From contig JBBIUB010000023.1 of NCBI GenBank assembly GCA_037440465.1, forward strand, positions 1 through 13,424: a DNA stretch of 13,424 nucleotides. Reading direction: 5' to 3'. Positions 8,227 through 13,424 of this stretch are shown piece after piece. A program made the translations under genes and the position numbers. Source of the DNA: Coprothermobacterota bacterium (GTDB lineage: Bacteria > Coprothermobacterota > HKB111). A model generated the notes under the pieces. It had not been told where the DNA came from. It did not search any database and saw only the letters and a list, made by a program, of their open reading frames with translations. The first letter of the stretch is position 1. Each line of letters starts with the position of its first letter.

Positions 8227-10740
8227 ATGATTAACAAGGGGGCTTCTATATACATAAAAATCATTATCTGCTTCTTACTTATCTTCACTCTTTCCAACCC
8301 TACCCTTAATCTCCAGGTTGGAAAAGGAGAGCTTCTGGTTCTTATAGACGAGTCAATAAGCGTTAAAGACCTGATAGGGGACCCCCATAAACTTCTAAGT
8401 CCTCACCTTTTAGAACTGGAGGAAAAGAGCCAACCCACTTTAATATCTTTTGCTGGACGTACCTTAATACCAGGAAAAAATATTAATCCTGTTCTAATGG
8501 ATGAAGAGACAAATATTGAACAGGCCCTCCGGGTGGCACTGGGGCTTAAACCCCAGGGGATACTGCTAATAACCGATACGCTGGAGACAAAAGGAGATGT
8601 TTCTCAGCTACTTCCACAATTTAAAAAAGAAAAAGTACCTCTTTTTCTATATCCTCTATTAGGTGAGTTTAAAGAAACATATATAAAACAGGTAGATATC
8701 CCTGCGAAGATTTTTAAGAACCGACCTTTCCCAATTAAAGTTGATATTCACTCAACTATAAAAACCAGTGGTCTTCTGGAAATAAAATTGTTCTCTCCTT
8801 CAACTTCAGATTTCTTCACCCTTAATGTGCATGAAGTTCTCCTTCTTGAAGGTAGGAACTCTTTTACCTTCCAGGTTAAAGTAGGTGGAGACTCTTCCTA
8901 TCTCCAGTTTAAGGTTTCTTTGAGGGAGACGGTTGACACCTGGGAACAGAATAATGAATTTTATGTGAGTTCATATCTGGTTGATACCTACCCTCTTTTA
9001 TTAATAAAAAGCCGGGAAGTCAAGACCAGTTGGGTGGAAGAAGTATGGCGAGAGCAAGGGTTTTTAGTTGAGACTCGTTTACCTAACAGGTTCCCATTAA
9101 CTATGGAAGAGTTGTTGTCTTATAAAGGCGTTGTTCTGGTTGATGTAGCAACCTCTGATTTAAACACGGACCAGGTTAAGCTTCTTTCACGCTATCTGAA
9201 AGAACAGGGGTGTGGATTAATAACCATAGGAGGAAATAGAAGCTTTGGCTTGGGGGGCTATAAAGGTAGCGCTTTAGAAGAGATTCTTCCTGTGACTTCT
9301 GAAGTGAAGGTTCCGCATCGCATACCTGAAGTAGCTCTCGCGGTAGTGCTGGATACCTCCGGGAGCATGTCCACTGAAGGAAGATTTGGAACAAAACTTG
9401 ATATGGCAAGAACTGGGGCTTTGAGAGTTTTAAATGTTCTTTCATCTGATGATTTGTTTGCTTTTATTGGATTTCATTCTCGTCCTAATGTTATTTTTCC
9501 TTTTGCCCATCCTACCGAAAAGACTGTTTTAGAGAAGGAGTTGGAGAGTCTCATTGCGGGTGGAGGGACAAATATTATTGCTGCCCTTGAAGAAGGGGTT
9601 AAACTCTTTAAAGATATTGAAGCGTCAAATAAACAGGTTCTTCTTATTTCTGATGGTATAGCTCCTGAGGAAGGCCTGGAAGAAGTTTTAAAACAGTTCA
9701 GAGAGCTGGATGTGGAGATTGTAGCCATAGGAGTGGGTCTTGATGCCAATCTGGAGTTTTTAAGGAAGATAACAGAACCCTGGGGAGGTAAGGTCTATTA
9801 TTCCCTGGATGGAGAAGCCCTACCCGAAATTGCAGCCAAAGAGGTGGGAAAATTAAAAGCCAGTTATGTATTTCTTAAACCCTTTGTTCCAACGATGGTT
9901 ATTCCACACCTCATACTTAAAAATATTAAAGAAGATATTTTAAAAAAATCACCATTATCAGGATACCTGCGTACAACATTAAAGGAAGGTGCACAGACAA
10001 TCCTGGCTTCTCCTCTGGGAGAACCTCTGGTAGCTATTGGAGAAGTAGGCTTAGGGAAATCCCTGGTCTTCACCGCTGACGGGGAGGGAAGGTTGAGTGG
10101 GGAATTCTTGAGTTCCCCTGCTTTTTCTCTACTCTTAGGTGGTATGGCGAGGGAAATTTTTCTCAGGGAACAGGGAGAGGTAGAAGTGGAGATAAAAGAT
10201 AATAAAGGAAGAGTAGTTTTTTATAAAGAGCCATCACTGCCTCTGGGGACCAGATTAGAGATGCTTATATGGCGGGGAGATTATTATAAGCCAGAAACAT
10301 ATCCTCTGGATAGAACAGGGTTAGATCGTTTCGAAGGGGAAATTCCAACTCTATCTACGGGCAGTTATTTTCTCAGGGTTATAGGTGAAAATGACGAATT
10401 TTTTACGGAAGCTACCTTCATAGTTCCCTATCCCCGGGAGTATATGGTATCCGCTGAAGATTTTACTTTACCTTATTTTAAAAAGGAGTCCAATGTAACT
10501 GTTTTAGAACAACTTGAGGAGCTTAAAAAAATAACGATTCCTCCAAGACAGGTGGCTTACTCCTTAACTCCTTACTTTATCGGGCTTTCATTATTCTTAT
10601 TTCTTATGGAAGTAATGGTAAGGAGACTTGGCTGGAAATTTAAGAGGTGGCCTTCTTTAGCTGTTAGACCACCTTCAAAAAAAGAATTAGAGAAAAGAAG
10701 AAGATTTTTGGATTTTCTCAAAAAACCCTGGAGTGAATAG
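8227..10740 (+). CDS. Large membrane-anchored protein with two vWA domains, an Ig/CARDB-like segment and a class I glutamine-amidotransferase-like (DUF1355-type) domain
   Basis: N-terminal TM ending LSNP. vWA1: LIDESIS...TNIEQAL...LITD. D....NN Ig-like motif. GATase1-like segment GLITIGG..SFGLGGY....LEEILPV. vWA2: VLDTSGSM...GGGTNI...LISDG. Then PL.AIGEVGLGKSLVFTAD, PYP.EY and a C-terminal TM ending LMEVMVRR. Confidence 0.85.
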   Translation: MINKGASIYIKIIICFLLIFTLSNPTLNLQVGKGELLVLIDESISVKDLIGDPHKLLSPHLLELEEKSQPTLISFAGRTLIPGKNINPVLMDEETNIEQALRVALGLKPQGILLITDTLETKGDVSQLLPQFKKEKVPLFLYPLLGEFKETYIKQVDIPAKIFKNRPFPIKVDIHSTIKTSGLLEIKLFSPSTSDFFTLNVHEVLLLEGRNSFTFQVKVGGDSSYLQFKVSLRETVDTWEQNNEFYVSSYLVDTYPLLLIKSREVKTSWVEEVWREQGFLVETRLPNRFPLTMEELLSYKGVVLVDVATSDLNTDQVKLLSRYLKEQGCGLITIGGNRSFGLGGYKGSALEEILPVTSEVKVPHRIPEVALAVVLDTSGSMSTEGRFGTKLDMARTGALRVLNVLSSDDLFAFIGFHSRPNVIFPFAHPTEKTVLEKELESLIAGGGTNIIAALEEGVKLFKDIEASNKQVLLISDGIAPEEGLEEVLKQFRELDVEIVAIGVGLDANLEFLRKITEPWGGKVYYSLDGEALPEIAAKEVGKLKASYVFLKPFVPTMVIPHLILKNIKEDILKKSPLSGYLRTTLKEGAQTILASPLGEPLVAIGEVGLGKSLVFTADGEGRLSGEFLSSPAFSLLLGGMAREIFLREQGEVEVEIKDNKGRVVFYKEPSLPLGTRLEMLIWRGDYYKPETYPLDRTGLDRFEGEIPTLSTGSYFLRVIGENDEFFTEATFIVPYPREYMVSAEDFTLPYFKKESNVTVLEQLEELKKITIPPRQVAYSLTPYFIGLSLFLFLMEVMVRRLGWKFKRWPSLAVRPPSKKELEKRRRFLDFLKKPWSE

Positions 10741-10742
10741 TT

Positions 10743-11519
10743 TTACAACCACTCCCCGAATGGTTTAAGAGAAATCCAATTTTCTTTTAGGGTCTGGCAA
10801 AGGTGTTGGGCTAAATTGACAGCTTCGGGCGTGTCTCCATGAAGACAGATGGTATCTACTTCAAAGGGTAACTCTTCACCCTCTATGGTTTTAACCTTTT
10901 CTTCCTTCATAAGATAAAGAACCCTTTCAGCCACCACCTCTTTATCCAGAATCAGGGCTCCTTCCCTCCTTCTGTCAATCAGAAAGCCATCTTTATCGTA
11001 AGCCCGGTCGGCAAAGAACTCCCTACACACTTTTAAGCCCGATTCTCTGGCTATCTTACCCATCTGAGAGTTGAAGGGAGTAAGAATAATCAAATCCCTG
11101 TCTACCTCCTTTACGCTTTCAACCACAGCCTGAGCTGCTATCTCGTCCTTCATGGTCAGGTTATAAAGGGCTCCGTGAACCTTCACATGTTGAAGTTTAA
11201 TTCCTTCCCTGGCAGCAAAAGCTTGGAGGGCGCCTATCTGGTATATAATATAGGCTTTAATCTCTCTGGAGTTCATATGAAGAAGTCGTCTTCCAAAACC
11301 CTGCAAATCAGGATAACCCGGGTGAGCACCGATAGCAACACCGTATATTTTAGCCAGCGAGACTGTTTTTTCCATAACCAGGGGGTCACCAGCATGCATT
11401 CCACAGGCGATATTGGCTGAGGTTATAAATTTCATAATTTCTTCGTCTCTACCTATAGCATAAGTACCAAAACTTTCTCCCACATCAGAATTAAGGTCAA
11501 TATATTTTATATTATTCAT
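10743..11519 (-). CDS. pxpA: 5-oxoprolinase subunit A (LamB/YcsF family)
   Basis: IDLNSDVGESFG, SANIACGMHAGDP, IGAHPGYPDLQGFGRR, HVKVHGALYN, EFFADRAY, DTICLHGDTP. SD AGGAGGT at about 11530-11536. Confidence 0.95.
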   Translation of the reverse strand: MNNIKYIDLNSDVGESFGTYAIGRDEEIMKFITSANIACGMHAGDPLVMEKTVSLAKIYGVAIGAHPGYPDLQGFGRRLLHMNSREIKAYIIYQIGALQAFAAREGIKLQHVKVHGALYNLTMKDEIAAQAVVESVKEVDRDLIILTPFNSQMGKIARESGLKVCREFFADRAYDKDGFLIDRRREGALILDKEVVAERVLYLMKEEKVKTIEGEELPFEVDTICLHGDTPEAVNLAQHLCQTLKENWISLKPFGEWL

Positions 11520-11549
11520 CTACTTTCTTACCTCCTTTTTTATTCCCAC

Positions 11550-13391
11550 CTACTTTATTAATTCCACCTCCACTTCATACTCTTTACCATCTATCTTAAA
11601 TCGGTATTTCTTTACTTCTACATCTATTTCAGACGAAATCTTATTTAAAGGTTCTTTTTTAAGTGTTTCAAGTTCTTTTAGGTATTCTTTGTATATCTCG
11701 TGAGCCATTTCAAGAGTAATCTTTTCAAACTTAACCTTGTCACCACTTTTGACATGTGCCAGAAGGTCAAGATCAGGAGTAATAACTGTGGCAATTTTGG
11801 GATAGCCACCTGTAGTTGGTCCATCTTTCATGATAATAAGAGGAAGACCGGAACCAGTAATCTGTATTGACCCGGGTGGAGTTCCATCGGATACTATCTC
11901 ACTACTATCTTTTCGTTCAACAGGAAGCCCAGAAAGTCTTATCCCTCTGCGATCAGATTCAGCTGTAATCTCGTACTCAGAGTTAAAGAAAGATTCAAGT
12001 CCCTGTTGGGTAAAATAGTCATACTGGGGACCTGAAACAACTTTAATCCTCAAAGGTAAGGTTATAGAAGGATGAAGGGGTAGGGACAGTGAGGTGATGA
12101 AATCTGGTATATTTTCCTGAGTTTTGAAGGGTATAATATCACCTTCCTTGAGAATTCTTCCTTGAAAGCCTCCCATAGAACCACCGATATAGGTGGAACA
12201 GCTTCCTAAAACCTCCGGTACTTTTATTCCTCCAGACACCGCGAAATAACATCTTAACCCTTTTTTGAAATCAGTTAGTGTTACCACATCCCCGTTTTTT
12301 ACAGGGATGCCCTTGACAAGTGGCATATCCTTCCCATTAAATTTAATGGAGAGTTCCCCTCCCGCAACTGCCACTTTAGTAGGATTGTTAAATATAAACT
12401 CTACATCATCTCCTACAAGGGTAATCTCTAATACGGCTTCATTATCATCATTCCCCACCAGGCGATTGACCATTCTATAAGAGTATAGATTCATAACCCC
12501 TGATGGAGGTACACCATATCTCTCATATCCGTAGCGTCCTTGGTCCTGAATAGTGGTGAAGACACCGCCTTTTTGCACCGAAAAGGTGCCGTATTTTTCC
12601 TTGAAAATGTACCTTTGTTCTTCCGTTTTCTTAACTCTGTACTTGACCCCCAATTCTTCCTCAACCTCTTCTGCTAATCTACCGGCTTCTTCTTCATTCA
12701 CTGTTAGGAAACGAATCCTGTCTCCAACTTCCAGAAGGATGGGATTTACTCTTTCAGGGTCGTAGAGTTTTAGAGATGTCCAGCCTATTATTCTCCAACC
12801 ACCGGGGCTATCTTGAGGGTAAATACCTGCTTGAAGTCCTGCAATACCTACTGAGCCTGCTGGGACTTTCAGGCGGGGGTTTGTAAGGCGGGGAGCAGAG
12901 ATTTCAGATACCATACCGCTCAAATAAGGAAAACCCGGTGTAAAACCCATCATAGACACTAAATATTCTGTGGAGCTATGAAGGCTGATGACTTCTTCTA
13001 TAGATAGATTATTATGTTGAGCAACGAATTCCAAATCTGGACCATATTTTCCTCCATAAATAACAGGTATTTTTATTAAGCGACCAGAAGTTAGTTTTGT
13101 TTTAATCAAGGTTGGTTCTAATTGCTGAAGCAGTTCTTGGAGTTCTTTTAGTGAAATCTTTAAGGGGTCGTAATAGATAAGTAGAGAGCGGTAAGTGGGA
13201 AGAGTTCTTTCTACCCCAATAATAGGCTTTTTCCTCAAGGATTCATCTAAAGTTAGAACTCTAAGATTAGCTTCCTGGCTGATCTCTTTACCGAATTCTA
13301 TAGAAAGGGCTTTATCTCCGACTGGGAGATATCGGGGTGAGTTATATGAAGGTTTCAAATTAAAGTTATTTTTTTGCAGATTACTGTACAC
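11550..13391 (-). CDS. pxpBC: Fused 5-oxoprolinase subunit B/C (PxpB-PxpC; KipI/KipA, Ahs1/Ahs2 family)
   Basis: PxpB half: GDKALSIEF, PTYRSLLIYYDP, IPVIYGG.YGPDL, GFTPGFPYL, VPAGSVGIAG.Q.GIYP..SPGGW.IIG. PxpC half: TTIQDQGR.GY...GVPPSG, LEITL.G, SDRRGIRL, GSIQI...G.P.I...DGPTTGGYPKIA. The start codon (GTG 13391 vs TTG 13358) is uncertain; an in-frame stop at 13416-13418 shows the gene is complete. Confidence 0.92.
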   Translation of the reverse strand: MYSNLQKNNFNLKPSYNSPRYLPVGDKALSIEFGKEISQEANLRVLTLDESLRKKPIIGVERTLPTYRSLLIYYDPLKISLKELQELLQQLEPTLIKTKLTSGRLIKIPVIYGGKYGPDLEFVAQHNNLSIEEVISLHSSTEYLVSMMGFTPGFPYLSGMVSEISAPRLTNPRLKVPAGSVGIAGLQAGIYPQDSPGGWRIIGWTSLKLYDPERVNPILLEVGDRIRFLTVNEEEAGRLAEEVEEELGVKYRVKKTEEQRYIFKEKYGTFSVQKGGVFTTIQDQGRYGYERYGVPPSGVMNLYSYRMVNRLVGNDDNEAVLEITLVGDDVEFIFNNPTKVAVAGGELSIKFNGKDMPLVKGIPVKNGDVVTLTDFKKGLRCYFAVSGGIKVPEVLGSCSTYIGGSMGGFQGRILKEGDIIPFKTQENIPDFITSLSLPLHPSITLPLRIKVVSGPQYDYFTQQGLESFFNSEYEITAESDRRGIRLSGLPVERKDSSEIVSDGTPPGSIQITGSGLPLIIMKDGPTTGGYPKIATVITPDLDLLAHVKSGDKVKFEKITLEMAHEIYKEYLKELETLKKEPLNKISSEIDVEVKKYRFKIDGKEYEVEVELIK

Positions 13392-13397
13392 ATAAAT

Positions 13398-13403
13398 ATT
13401 ATA
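13398..13403 (-). promoter_or_regulatory. Putative -10 box (TATAAT) of pxpBC-pxpA operon
   Basis: Plus-strand attata reads TATAAT on the minus strand, 6 nt upstream of the GTG at 13391. Confidence 0.5.
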
Positions 13404-13424
13404 CTTGAATTGGGGTCAGGTCTA

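Noticed and set aside
9176..10073. Minus-strand ORFs within the 837-aa gene
   Set aside because: They are short antisense shadows without motifs.
3201..10740. MoxR/vWA operon as an anti-phage defence or ternary conflict system
   Set aside because: No nuclease, peptidase, TIR or other effector motifs are visible. The MoxR is of the DUF58/BatA-associated type and the flanks are housekeeping genes with no mobility signs.
11175..13395. Plus-strand short ORFs opposite pxpA/pxpBC
   Set aside because: They are antisense to strongly conserved genes, with no independent support.

Overview
Bacterial chromosomal window, densely coding, with three transcriptional blocks. (1) The 3' part of a cell-surface protein that runs off the left edge: tandem 82-aa Ig/PKD-like repeats plus a C-terminal copper-amine-oxidase-N-like ('stalk') domain. 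It converges on a long, divergent transketolase-family gene (minus strand), with a shared GC-rich hairpin terminator between them. (2) A five-gene plus-strand operon divergent from the transketolase gene: a membrane protein with an acidic/Gly-rich tail, a MoxR AAA+ ATPase, DUF58, a BatA-N/vWA membrane protein, and a large double-vWA/GATase1-like membrane protein. (3) A minus-strand 5-oxoprolinase-type locus (fused pxpB-pxpC, then pxpA) whose last stop codon lies 2 bp from the operon's last stop. I saw no rRNA, tRNA, CRISPR array or transposase. Most notable: the membrane-anchored MoxR/vWA system of unknown client, a biotin-carrier-like tail on PxpBC, a REP-like double hairpin translated at a gene junction, symmetric back-to-back promoters, and a probable leaderless pxpBC mRNA. 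All family assignments come from motif recognition, not database searches.
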